From: Verrucomicrobiota bacterium
GTDB lineage: Bacteria > Verrucomicrobiota > Verrucomicrobiia > Chthoniobacterales > UBA6821
Reading direction: 5' to 3'
DNA: 22,249 nucleotides
Assembly (NCBI GenBank): GCA_008932965.1
Contig: WBXG01000026.1
Coordinates: 1-22,249, forward strand
This document shows, in pieces, positions 1 to 8,161 of the stretch; positions within the stretch are counted from its first letter, which is position 1, and every line of letters begins with the position of its first letter. The notes beneath the pieces are model-generated. The model had not been told where the DNA came from. It was given only the letters and a program-made list of their open reading frames with translations, and made no database searches. Position numbers and translations under genes: made by a program.

Positions 1-2
1 CG

Positions 3-395
3 GTATGCTCTTTAAAAAAAGGTCGGCCCGACTTACACCTCACCATCTTAACTCCTCAAAAACTTGCCGCTCTCTGGAACTCTTTTCCCGAAGTGGATGC
101 AGTAATAGAAATACCTCCCAAAGCCTCCCCGTGGTCTGTAGCCCGCCAACTGCAACAAGAGAAAAGGTCTCAGGGAGAGCCTTCATTTGATGTCGCCCTT
201 GTTCTTCCAAATTCTATTCGCACGGCACTTGAGGTCTGGCTTGCACGGATCCCACGGCGGATCGGGCGTACTGACAACAAAGGTTTTTTAAGGAGGTGGC
301 TTATCAATCAATCTTTTCCCAAGTTTACCTCCACCCCTCCCATGCATCAAGCTGACGAATATCGTGCCGTGGCCTACTGGCTTGGAACATCCTAA
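3..395 (+). CDS. ADP-heptose:LPS heptosyltransferase (glycosyltransferase family 9), N-terminal domain fragment. The 5' end lies outside the window and the frame ends at an in-frame TAA-TAA.
   Basis: Frame 3 is open from the window edge (..LTILTPQKLAALWNSFPEVDAVIEIPP..FDVALVLPNSIRTALEVWLARIPRRIG..HQADEYRAVAYWLG). This matches the layout of a WaaC/WaaF-type N-terminal domain. The frame stops at taa taa (393-398) and is the same frame as ORF 414-956. Confidence 0.7.
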   Translation, partial: VCSLKKGRPDLHLTILTPQKLAALWNSFPEVDAVIEIPPKASPWSVARQLQQEKRSQGEPSFDVALVLPNSIRTALEVWLARIPRRIGRTDNKGFLRRWLINQSFPKFTSTPPMHQADEYRAVAYWLGTS

Positions 396-413
396 TAAAA
401 GGAACGACTTATC

Positions 414-956
414 ATGAAACCTGCAGGAAGGAATATGAAATCTACCATAGATCAGTATAAAATATCTGGATTGATTCCCATTGGTCTCTGCCCTGGTGCT
501 GAATATGGACCTGCCAAACGCTGGCCACTCGATCGTTTTCGCAAGGTGATGGATCTCTTGCTCCCCTTTCCTATTGTCTGGGTATTACTTGGAACAGCTC
601 AGGAAAAAACACTTGCATCTCCGCTTGTGGAAGGCTTTCCAGGAACTGTAGAAAATCTCATTGGTCAAACTTCGCTTGAGGAGCTCCTTCAAACGATTCA
701 ACAGCTTACCCTTCTTCTCACCAATGATACCGGGAGCATGCATCTGGCTGCCCTTTTTAATATTCCCACGGTGGCTCTCTTCGGCTCTACTGATCCAAGC
801 TTAACTGGCCCGCAAGGGACTATCCATCGGGTGTTACGCCATCCTGTTGAGTGTAGCCCCTGTTTTTTGAGAACCTGTCCTATCGATTTTCGTTGTATGA
901 CACGGATTACTCCTGAAGAGGTAGTTCAAGCTATCACTGAAACCATTTCTCCGTAG
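414..956 (+). CDS. ADP-heptose:LPS heptosyltransferase (GT9), C-terminal domain fragment, in the same frame as 3-395
   Basis: GLCPGAEYGPAKRWP and TNDTGSMHLAAL..PTVALFGSTDP are typical GT9 heptosyltransferase C-domain motifs. The ATG at 414 is in frame with the upstream fragment. Confidence 0.75.
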   Translation: MKPAGRNMKSTIDQYKISGLIPIGLCPGAEYGPAKRWPLDRFRKVMDLLLPFPIVWVLLGTAQEKTLASPLVEGFPGTVENLIGQTSLEELLQTIQQLTLLLTNDTGSMHLAALFNIPTVALFGSTDPSLTGPQGTIHRVLRHPVECSPCFLRTCPIDFRCMTRITPEEVVQAITETISP

Positions 957-960
957 ATTT

Positions 961-2112
961 ATGATTCACGCCTCCTCTTTTTTCTTTAAGAAAATTCTTA
1001 CACTTTGCTTCTGCGCTTCCCTCCTTCTTGCAGCCGAGCCTCCTCTCTCATCATCACCCTCCTCTTCCTCTTATAAAATTTTAGAAATTCCGGAAAAAGG
1101 AGCCTATACCGGAGCCTATGTCGATTTTGGTGATGGAGAAGATGGAGTCACCTATGAGGGAATTCAAAACTTTCAACAGCTTGTAGGAAAGCACCAAGCC
1201 ATTATTTCCTTTGGATCATTTTGGGCACGCCAGCAATTTCCGATGGAACAGGTGAATCTTGTACGGTCCTATGGGGCGGTTCCCCTCCTTTATTGGTCTC
1301 CGTGGGAAGAGCCTTTTGATCAAGAATGTGGACCCGATAAATTTTCCCTTGATAGAATCTTAGATGGAACATGGGATCACTACATCGACACATGGGCTGA
1401 TGGAGCTAAGAGTGTTCCTGAACAATTTTTTGTCTCCTTCGCCTGCGAAATGAATGGAACCTGGTTTCCTTGGTCAGGGTATTTCTATCGAAAAAAAATG
1501 GACCATGAAAAACCGATGAACATCCAGGGGCTAGAACATCTTTTTTATGACAAAAAGATGGATAAAAACTTTCTCGTGGGGGCAGAGAAATATAAGAAGG
1601 CCTACCGCTATGTGGTCAATCGGGTCCGAGCACGAGGGGCTACTAATGTTCTTTGGGTCTTTCAGGTAAATAACTATTCCTATCCCAACAATAGCTGGAA
1701 CCTTGCTGCTGCCTATTATCCAGGTCCCGAGTACATTGATTGGCTCGCCATGAGTCTTTTTGGAAAACAGTATGCAAAAGAAGAATGGGATCTTTTTCCC
1801 CCACTTCTAGACTGGCCCTACAAGGAACTTTGTGCACTTGATCCCAAAAAACCGATTATGGTTGCTGAGTGGGGGGTAGCAGAGCCGCATGGATCGGGAG
1901 ACAAAGCGCTCTGGTATAGCGATGGGTGCAGATTGATGGTCTCCAAAGAATACCCACGACTTAAAGCTGCTGTTGTCTGGCATGAACGTTGGGCTAATCC
2001 AGATGAAAGCTTTAGCAATTTGCGTGTGAATTCCTCCCGAAAAGCCCTCAAGGCCTATCAAGAAGGAATTTCTTCACCTCTCTGGTTGGACTATCCTCTT
2101 TGGAAAAAATAA
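961..2112 (+). CDS. Secreted glycoside hydrolase, GH26-like (beta-mannanase-like)
   Basis: The N-terminus is hydrophobic and signal-like (FFFKKILTLCFCASLLLAA). FACEMNGTWFPWSG resembles the GH26 acid/base motif (HEMNGxWFWW), and IMVAEWGVAE resembles the nucleophile motif. Confidence 0.6.
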   Translation: MIHASSFFFKKILTLCFCASLLLAAEPPLSSSPSSSSYKILEIPEKGAYTGAYVDFGDGEDGVTYEGIQNFQQLVGKHQAIISFGSFWARQQFPMEQVNLVRSYGAVPLLYWSPWEEPFDQECGPDKFSLDRILDGTWDHYIDTWADGAKSVPEQFFVSFACEMNGTWFPWSGYFYRKKMDHEKPMNIQGLEHLFYDKKMDKNFLVGAEKYKKAYRYVVNRVRARGATNVLWVFQVNNYSYPNNSWNLAAAYYPGPEYIDWLAMSLFGKQYAKEEWDLFPPLLDWPYKELCALDPKKPIMVAEWGVAEPHGSGDKALWYSDGCRLMVSKEYPRLKAAVVWHERWANPDESFSNLRVNSSRKALKAYQEGISSPLWLDYPLWKK

Positions 2113-2187
2113 AACTTTTTTCACCTCCTTGATAGAGTTTTGGTTGCGCTTTACGCACGAGGAAACACCAGTTAATCTCCCTCTTCT

Positions 2188-3453
2188 ATGCTCCCAATTC
2201 CTCTTCTTCGTGATGATCCTCACTTTGTTAAAACGCAGCTAGCAAGACGTTCTCCAAGTCTGGTACCGATGGTAGATGCTCTACTAACATGTGACCAAAA
2301 ACGCAGAGAGACCGAAACCCGTGTTCAACAACTCCGCTCGGAGCGCAATCGCTTAAGCAAGGAAATTGGAATTTTAAAAAGTCGTAAACAAGAGACCGTG
2401 GCTCTGGAAGAAGAGGTAAAAAGTTTTGCAGCTACAATGGAAGAGCTCCAGGCCAGTTCAAACATTCTCGCAGAGGAACAACAAAAGCTCTTACTACAAA
2501 TTCCCAATCTTCCCCATGAAACGATCCCCACAGGAGAGAATCCTTCGCAGAATGTGGTGATTCGAGAATGGGGAACCCCAGCTCCTAAAAATAGTGAAGA
2601 CCATATTGCTATTGGGGAGCGCCTCGGTCTCTTTGACCTTGATCGGGCCACAAAACTCAGTGGAAGTGGCTATGTCTGCTTTACAGGAGATGGGGCCCGT
2701 CTCGAACGAGCATTGATCAATTTTCTCCTCGACCTTCATACCAAAACTCATGGATACACTGAAATGGGAATGCCCTTACTGGTACGGCGTGAAGTGATGG
2801 TTGGAACTGGCCAGCTCCCTAAATTTGAAGAGGAGATGTATGGATTTGATGAGGGAACTCAATTTTTAACACCGACGGCAGAGGTCTCTCTGACCAATTT
2901 TTATCGAGAAGAGATCCTTTCCCAACAGGAACTCCCACTGAAACTAACAGCATGCACCCCCTGCTTTCGCCGGGAATCAGGAGGAGCAGGACGCGATACA
3001 CGTGGTATTATTCGCATGCACCAATTTCATAAAGTCGAGCTCGTCAAAATCTGCCTCCCCGACCAGGCCGATAGAGAACTAGAATCCCTCACCAACGATG
3101 CCGAACGGGTGCTTCAATTATTAGAACTTCCTTATCATGTTTTAGAATTATGCACCGGGGATCTTGGGGCCAATGCCATGCGCACCTACGATCTTGAGGT
3201 TTGGGCCCCTGGCCAAGGAGCATTCCTCGAGGTATCGAGCTGCTCTCAATTTGGAGACTATCAAGCACGCCGTATGAATCTTCGTTACAAAGATGCTCTA
3301 GGTAAAAATCACTATTGCCATACCCTCAATGGCTCTGGAACAGCCTTGCCACGCCTCTATGTTGCACTTCTAGAAACGCATACTCAGCCTGGTGGAGCAC
3401 TCCTGCTTCCAAAACCGCTACATTCCTATTTTGGAGCCGCTTCTATTGGTTAA
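2188..3453 (+). CDS. serS: Seryl-tRNA synthetase
   Basis: 421 aa. The N-terminus is a coiled-coil arm (MLPIPLLRDDPHFVKTQLARR..). Class II motifs are present: TPCFRRESG, HQFHKVELV and LNGSGTALPRLYVALLE. Confidence 0.93.
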   Translation: MLPIPLLRDDPHFVKTQLARRSPSLVPMVDALLTCDQKRRETETRVQQLRSERNRLSKEIGILKSRKQETVALEEEVKSFAATMEELQASSNILAEEQQKLLLQIPNLPHETIPTGENPSQNVVIREWGTPAPKNSEDHIAIGERLGLFDLDRATKLSGSGYVCFTGDGARLERALINFLLDLHTKTHGYTEMGMPLLVRREVMVGTGQLPKFEEEMYGFDEGTQFLTPTAEVSLTNFYREEILSQQELPLKLTACTPCFRRESGGAGRDTRGIIRMHQFHKVELVKICLPDQADRELESLTNDAERVLQLLELPYHVLELCTGDLGANAMRTYDLEVWAPGQGAFLEVSSCSQFGDYQARRMNLRYKDALGKNHYCHTLNGSGTALPRLYVALLETHTQPGGALLLPKPLHSYFGAASIG

Positions 3454-3479
3454 ACTTTCTGAATATATATTCATCGTAA

Positions 3480-4463
3480 ATGAAAAAATCAGCTGAGGGC
3501 CCAACGCTTGTTGAGGTCATTTGCAAAGCTCTTCGTGGTTTACCAAAAGAGGATGAATACCTGGTAGGTATTTCCGGTGGAATCGACTCGGTTGCCTTAC
3601 TCCACCTGCTGCTGGAGGGAGGTTATAAAAATCTTATCGTTGTTCATTTCAATCATCAACTACGCGGAGCAGACTCTGATCAAGATGCTCTCTTTGTCAC
3701 CAATCTTGCCAAGGAGCTCCGGCTTCCTTGTGAACTTGGAACCGAAGATGTTCAGGCCCGCGCACGGCGCGCTAAGCTCTCCTTGGAAACAGCAGCACGT
3801 GAAGCCCGGTATGAATTTTTCGGAGCAGTGGCTCACAAGCGTGGTGTGAAATCGCTACTACTAGCACATCATGCTAATGACCAAGTAGAGACCTGTTTTT
3901 TTAATTTCCTTCGCGGAACAGGATCTGCAGGGCTTGCTGGAATGTTACCACGTTCCGAGAGAAAAATTGGAAAAACGATCCTAACTGTAGTACGCCCCCT
4001 ACTTTCTATTTTTAAGGAGACATTAGGAAACTATCTCACCCAAAGGACTATTCCATTTCGTCACGATGCTACTAATGATTCTTTAATTCCGATGCGCAAT
4101 CGCTTGCGTCATCAATTACTTCCTCTACTCGACGACATCATAGGACCAACCTATCGCACCGCAATTCTTCGCACAGCAACGATTCTAGCAGCTGAAGATA
4201 ATTATTTGGAGAAGCTAGCGGCTCCATGGGCTACCCATGGATCATTAAACATTGAGGAAATGAAGATTCTGCCTCTTGCACTACAACGCCGTGTGGTTCA
4301 TGCATGGCTAAGAATGCATCATTTTTCTGACGTTGGTTTTGTGGAGGTAGAACGTGTGCTCTCACTCTTGAATCCTAAAAATGCTGCTCAAATAAACCTT
4401 CCGCAATGTCGACATGCCTATCGCTCCCAGGGAATGATTGAAATTAAACCTGATATTTCATAA
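3480..4463 (+). CDS. tilS: tRNA(Ile)-lysidine synthase
   Basis: PP-loop motif VGISGGIDSVALLHLL, then HFNHQLRG and LLLAHHANDQVET. The length of 327 aa fits TilS. Confidence 0.88.
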   Translation: MKKSAEGPTLVEVICKALRGLPKEDEYLVGISGGIDSVALLHLLLEGGYKNLIVVHFNHQLRGADSDQDALFVTNLAKELRLPCELGTEDVQARARRAKLSLETAAREARYEFFGAVAHKRGVKSLLLAHHANDQVETCFFNFLRGTGSAGLAGMLPRSERKIGKTILTVVRPLLSIFKETLGNYLTQRTIPFRHDATNDSLIPMRNRLRHQLLPLLDDIIGPTYRTAILRTATILAAEDNYLEKLAAPWATHGSLNIEEMKILPLALQRRVVHAWLRMHHFSDVGFVEVERVLSLLNPKNAAQINLPQCRHAYRSQGMIEIKPDIS

Positions 4464-4480
4464 TAATTGTATTCCATACT

Positions 4481-5593
4481 ATGCATCATAGCGCTGAATC
4501 CTCAAACGCTGGAATTTCTTCCCCTCTTTTTATCTTCATCATGGCCGGGGGTAGTGGTGAGCGTTTTTGGCCAGCAAGTCGTAAGGCCACTCCAAAACAC
4601 CTACTACGCCTTCTAAGTGATAAAACATTACTGGAGCAAACAGTCGAACGATTTCATGGTATTGTTCCCAAAGAGCATATCTTCATCCTCACTAATGAGG
4701 CCCAACTGGAGGCGACACGCCAGGCCATTACCAATCATCCCTTAGAAAATATCATCGCAGAACCTACCAAGAGGGACACGGCTCCTGCTGCCACACTGGC
4801 GACAGCGATGGCACTTCGCCATCATCCTCATGCCGTTGTAGGACTTTTTCCTGCAGATGCCACTATTCATAATGAAATTCTTTTTCGAGAACAACTCTTG
4901 GAAGCTGCTCACATGGCCAGAGAAAGTAGTGCATTGATTACTTTTTCAATCCAGCCGAGTCATCCTTCTATCAGTTTTGGATACCTTGATCTCGGAGAAA
5001 GACTCCATATTCCACAGGATCAAAAAACAATTTTTCGAACCGTTCGTCACTTTGTAGAAAAGCCCCCGCGCGAAAAAGCCGAAGAGTTCTTCGTGAGTGG
5101 TCATCATGGTTGGAATGCAGGGATCTTTCTTTGGAATGCAACTTTATTTTTAAAAGAGTGTCATCGTCAACAACCCTCCCTCGCCAACTTTGCAGAGGAA
5201 CTTATAGTGAGCCTTAAACCAGAAAAATGTATCTTAGAGAAATTTCCCACACTTCCCAAAATTTCTGTTGATTATGCCATCATGGAACGTGCCACAAAAG
5301 TGATTGCTGCTATCGCTCAGTTTGATTGGGATGATGTTGGCCAATGGACGGCTTTACCAAAGCACCTTGGTGTTGATGCTTCAAGGAACACCGTGAGAAC
5401 AGGATTACACGAAATCGTAACCCATAACGCCACCAATAATATTGTTCTTTCACAAGGTTCTAACGAAAAAACTATTGCCCTCTGCGGTGTTGAAAATCTC
5501 GTTGTTGTTCAGACCCACGATGCCTTGCTCATCTGCCATCGCGATGCTGTTGAACAAATAAAACAGCTTGCGTTACCCGATACATTGAGATAA
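4481..5593 (+). CDS. Mannose-1-phosphate guanylyltransferase (nucleotidyltransferase domain only, no C-terminal isomerase/cupin domain)
   Basis: MAGGSGERFWPASRKATPKHLL matches the GxGxRxWP sugar-nucleotidyltransferase motif. ISFGYL, FVEKP, GWNAGIFLW, SVDYAIME and FDWDDVGQW are typical of ManC/CpsB-type proteins. Confidence 0.8.
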   Translation: MHHSAESSNAGISSPLFIFIMAGGSGERFWPASRKATPKHLLRLLSDKTLLEQTVERFHGIVPKEHIFILTNEAQLEATRQAITNHPLENIIAEPTKRDTAPAATLATAMALRHHPHAVVGLFPADATIHNEILFREQLLEAAHMARESSALITFSIQPSHPSISFGYLDLGERLHIPQDQKTIFRTVRHFVEKPPREKAEEFFVSGHHGWNAGIFLWNATLFLKECHRQQPSLANFAEELIVSLKPEKCILEKFPTLPKISVDYAIMERATKVIAAIAQFDWDDVGQWTALPKHLGVDASRNTVRTGLHEIVTHNATNNIVLSQGSNEKTIALCGVENLVVVQTHDALLICHRDAVEQIKQLALPDTLR

Positions 5594-5666
5594 GCATCGT
5601 TGGATAAGAGGCTTTGATGATTGAGGAACATGGATGCAAGACCTTCCAATAATTGTAAAAAGAGCT

Positions 5667-5708
5667 TTCCGTCTTTCGCAGTAGATTAGTATGATATATG
5701 CGGGTTAA
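5667..5708 (+). repeat. Right-end fragment of the repeat family, abutting copy A. It may be the tail of a decayed copy that reaches back to about 5600.
   Basis: ttccgtctttcgcagtagattagtatgatatatgcgggttaa aligns with the right end of copy A (cttccgtagtagatcggtgtgaaatatgcgggttaa). It shares TTAA 5705-5708 with copy A. Confidence 0.6.
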
Positions 5709-5888
5709 CCCGGATATTTCATACTGATCGTAACGAGGAGGCCGCGAAGGCTGATGGGGTAAGGCGAGCGATGAAGTCTGACGACGGCTGTATGAGTACA
5801 TACTGCCCGAGGAAGACTTCGAGATCAACGCAGCATCCATCTGGCTTCCCGGCTTCCGTAGTAGATCGGTGTGAAATATGCGGGTTAA
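5705..5888 (+). repeat. Repeat family copy A (short form, 184 bp), MITE-like with 26-bp terminal inverted repeats
   Basis: The left TIR is 5705-5730 (ttaacccggatatttcatactgatcg). The right TIR is 5863-5888 (agatcggtgtgaaatatgcgggttaa). TTAA sits at both ends. The copy is homologous along its length to 8162-8346 and to parts of 11626-11901, 18285-18428 and 21754-22025. Confidence 0.9.
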
Positions 5889-7461
5889 GATTCTCAACTT
5901 TCCTAAAATCACTCCCATGCCTATTATTGGAACAAGTTCTGAAGTTAATTTTGATTCGCTAAATGATCTGACCACGCAAACAACCGCTGGACCCACGTCA
6001 GTGCTTGATAATGCGCGTTTAAGTCTTCAAAAAAACAAAAAAGGTAATGAGATCCTCGTTGCTTCCCAAGGAACGTTATCTGATGGGCTCTATTCTATTT
6101 GGGCTTATTTTCATCCGCAACAGGCTGCGAAAGCACGTCTTGATACCTTAACTGCAATTAAAGACAAAATTGCCTCTTTCTATGGTAGCGATTCAGAACA
6201 AAAGATTTTTAATAAACTCGCGGAGTCTAGCACTAATCCCCGGCAAAGCAGTACGATTCGCTCCTATTATTTCACTGCGAATGATCTGAAAAATTTTGCT
6301 AATGCTGCGAAAGCAACAGAATTAGTAATAAATTGTCCAGATAAGAGTCTTGCAGATGCTTTATTTGACAATCAATTTCGAATACCTACCGAGCAAGATC
6401 AGAAAATTGCGAGTGGTAATGATGATGCAACAGGACTCGCTCGTCTTTTGAGTAGTCAATTTGATATCCGAGACCCTGTCTATAAACGAGTTGCTGATAC
6501 TGCTTTTAATGAAGAATTAAAATCATTATCTCAGCCACCAAAAATAGAATATGATAATTTGACAAAGAAAAATATAGAGGACTACAAGGAGCTTGGTACA
6601 ATAACAGCTAAATTTAAAAAGTCACAACTGCCCTCTCTCACCAAGGAATTAAAACTCGAAAAAGCAGAAAAAGCTTTTGATACGGCCGTAAAAAACTTCT
6701 TAGATCAAAATCCCAAGACTACGGTTGATTTGCTGCAGGCCTTTCTTAATAAATATTCTAAGCAATTACTTGACCAGAATCCAGTTCCTGAAGCACCGGC
6801 AGAAGATTCTACTCAAGAAACAGGTTCTCCCGAAGAACAGCCTAAAGAAAACAATCCACTTGCTGGTATTGACGCGAGAAAGATTGTAACCACTAAGTTG
6901 ACTCTAGACTTTAAGAACCTCTCAGAGCAGATAAGCACCATTCGAAGGGAAAGAAATTATGATCAGTTTTTTAAATTGTTGAGCAACCTCAGCAACGACA
7001 AAGTTAGCTTTAAAAATGCTGATAATAAAGAGCTTACTAAAAATGGAAAAGATTATTTTACCCAGAGTCTCCTGGATGTTTTTACGGTTACTAAGGAAAA
7101 CGAAGATGCTGTTACTTTTTTTACAAAACTGGGAAAATTTTTAGCAAGTGTACCAGAGAAAGTTAGTGAAATAACAGAAACTCATCACCAAGAAGCCGCA
7201 CAATTGTTGGGTATGGCTCAAGAGGTTATACGTAAGAACCAGCTCAATCAAGAAGCAGTAGCTGCATATTCAAAAGCGATCAAAGATTATGTTGAATTTC
7301 AGATAAAGAATGAGCAACCGCAACCAACAGGAACGATTAAACAAGGTGATACAGTAGGAGGCATTCAAGCACCTCGTGTGCAGCCGCTCCTCTCCCCTGA
7401 TGCAATAGATTTACTTCAAGAAGCTATCTCATTTCTAACTCCAGATAGTTCTGATCCGTGA
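5878..7461 (+). CDS. Hypothetical protein (orphan, A+T-rich, predicted helical, no recognisable domain)
   Basis: A long ORF of 527 aa. The ATG at 5878 lies inside the right TIR of copy A (gaaatATGcgggttaa). An alternative start is the ATG at 5917 (MPIIGTSSEV..). There is no signal peptide or TM segment and I recognise no family motif. Confidence 0.65.
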   Translation: MRVKILNFPKITPMPIIGTSSEVNFDSLNDLTTQTTAGPTSVLDNARLSLQKNKKGNEILVASQGTLSDGLYSIWAYFHPQQAAKARLDTLTAIKDKIASFYGSDSEQKIFNKLAESSTNPRQSSTIRSYYFTANDLKNFANAAKATELVINCPDKSLADALFDNQFRIPTEQDQKIASGNDDATGLARLLSSQFDIRDPVYKRVADTAFNEELKSLSQPPKIEYDNLTKKNIEDYKELGTITAKFKKSQLPSLTKELKLEKAEKAFDTAVKNFLDQNPKTTVDLLQAFLNKYSKQLLDQNPVPEAPAEDSTQETGSPEEQPKENNPLAGIDARKIVTTKLTLDFKNLSEQISTIRRERNYDQFFKLLSNLSNDKVSFKNADNKELTKNGKDYFTQSLLDVFTVTKENEDAVTFFTKLGKFLASVPEKVSEITETHHQEAAQLLGMAQEVIRKNQLNQEAVAAYSKAIKDYVEFQIKNEQPQPTGTIKQGDTVGGIQAPRVQPLLSPDAIDLLQEAISFLTPDSSDP

Positions 7462-7474
7462 ACCCGGATACGGA

Positions 7475-8131
7475 TTAAAAAACCAACATTGCTCCTTGTG
7501 CTTTCTTCCACATTTCAAGCTGAGAGGGAGTTAAAACCTTCAGCATCGCAGCGGCATGTTGCAAGCGATTTTTTCTTAGGGCGATGATCTGGCGATGGTA
7601 GTTCAACTTTCCCTGATTTGCCTTGAGGTTAATAGCAGCTGCTTTCTTGTTAGCATCATGGGCGAGAGCAGTAATCTTTTTTTTCTGCTGCTCACTCATT
7701 CCTAAAAGTTGTTGTTCGGAAGGAGCTGTGAGCATTGTTCCCCCAAGCACTTGTCGCTCGACCTCACGAAGACGTCGACGCTGACGAGAATTTAAAAGAG
7801 CCATGACTCGTTCGTTATAAGTCACTCCAAGATGGTCTAACTCGACTTGTAATCGGGCAGTATCTGAGGAGGCTTTCCATCCTGCCTCCGTGATTTTCAT
7901 TGCTGCAGCACGATAATCATTACGCAAACCTCCAATAATGCTGCGTTGTAGCGAGGTTAAATGGAGATCCTTCTCCACATGCTCGAGACTGACAAGGAGA
8001 GGAAGGGAGCCGGGATTCTCTTTTTTAGCCTCATACGTCGTGATAGAATCAGCTCTGACACCCGTTACTACAGTGAGGTACCCGCTCATCATGAGCAGAA
8101 AAAAGGAGCGTTTGAATAGTGAGATCATCAT
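7475..8131 (-). CDS. Periplasmic LTXXQ-motif protein (Spy/CpxP-like)
   Basis: The N-terminus has a signal peptide (MMISLFKRSFFLLMMSGYLTVVTGVRA). LTxxQ-like motifs recur (LTSLQ, LNSRQ, MSEQQ, LTPSQ) in a basic, helical protein of 218 aa. Confidence 0.5.
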   Translation of the reverse strand: MMISLFKRSFFLLMMSGYLTVVTGVRADSITTYEAKKENPGSLPLLVSLEHVEKDLHLTSLQRSIIGGLRNDYRAAAMKITEAGWKASSDTARLQVELDHLGVTYNERVMALLNSRQRRRLREVERQVLGGTMLTAPSEQQLLGMSEQQKKKITALAHDANKKAAAINLKANQGKLNYHRQIIALRKNRLQHAAAMLKVLTPSQLEMWKKAQGAMLVF

Positions 8132-8161
8132 ATTAAAAATGTAATAGCTCTTGAGTTGTTC

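Noticed and set aside
5-190. ORF 5-190 (61 aa) lies at the window start.
   Set aside because: It is out of frame with the heptosyltransferase reading frame and fully overlapped by it. That frame is open from the window edge and has clear GT9 similarity. The 61-aa product is Ser/Arg-rich with no recognisable features.
5771-5962. Small ORFs encoded inside the repeats share a peptide-like start (MKSDDGCMSTYCPRKTS.. at 5771-5962 and MMDCDDGCRSPYCPRKTS.. at 21908-22144). Minus-strand ORFs also run through repeat DNA at 5529-5996, 18336-18524 and 18394-18594.
   Set aside because: The frame is not maintained between copies. Copy B reads MKSDDGCV then a stop. The substitutions are pairwise compensatory in a hairpin rather than synonymous. 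The ORFs also run out of the repeat into unrelated flanks. The similarity comes from repeat homology, not coding conservation.
7454-7475. A small hairpin (ATCCGT, a 10-nt loop, ACGGAT) lies between the convergent stop codons at 7459-7461 and 7475-7477. Its loop, gaacccggat, overlaps a 10-mer (aacccggata, 7461-7470) that matches the start of the repeat's left TIR.
   Set aside because: A 10-nt match is too short to call a repeat remnant, and the stem has only 6 bp. It may simply be a weak bidirectional terminator. I note it but do not claim it as a family member.
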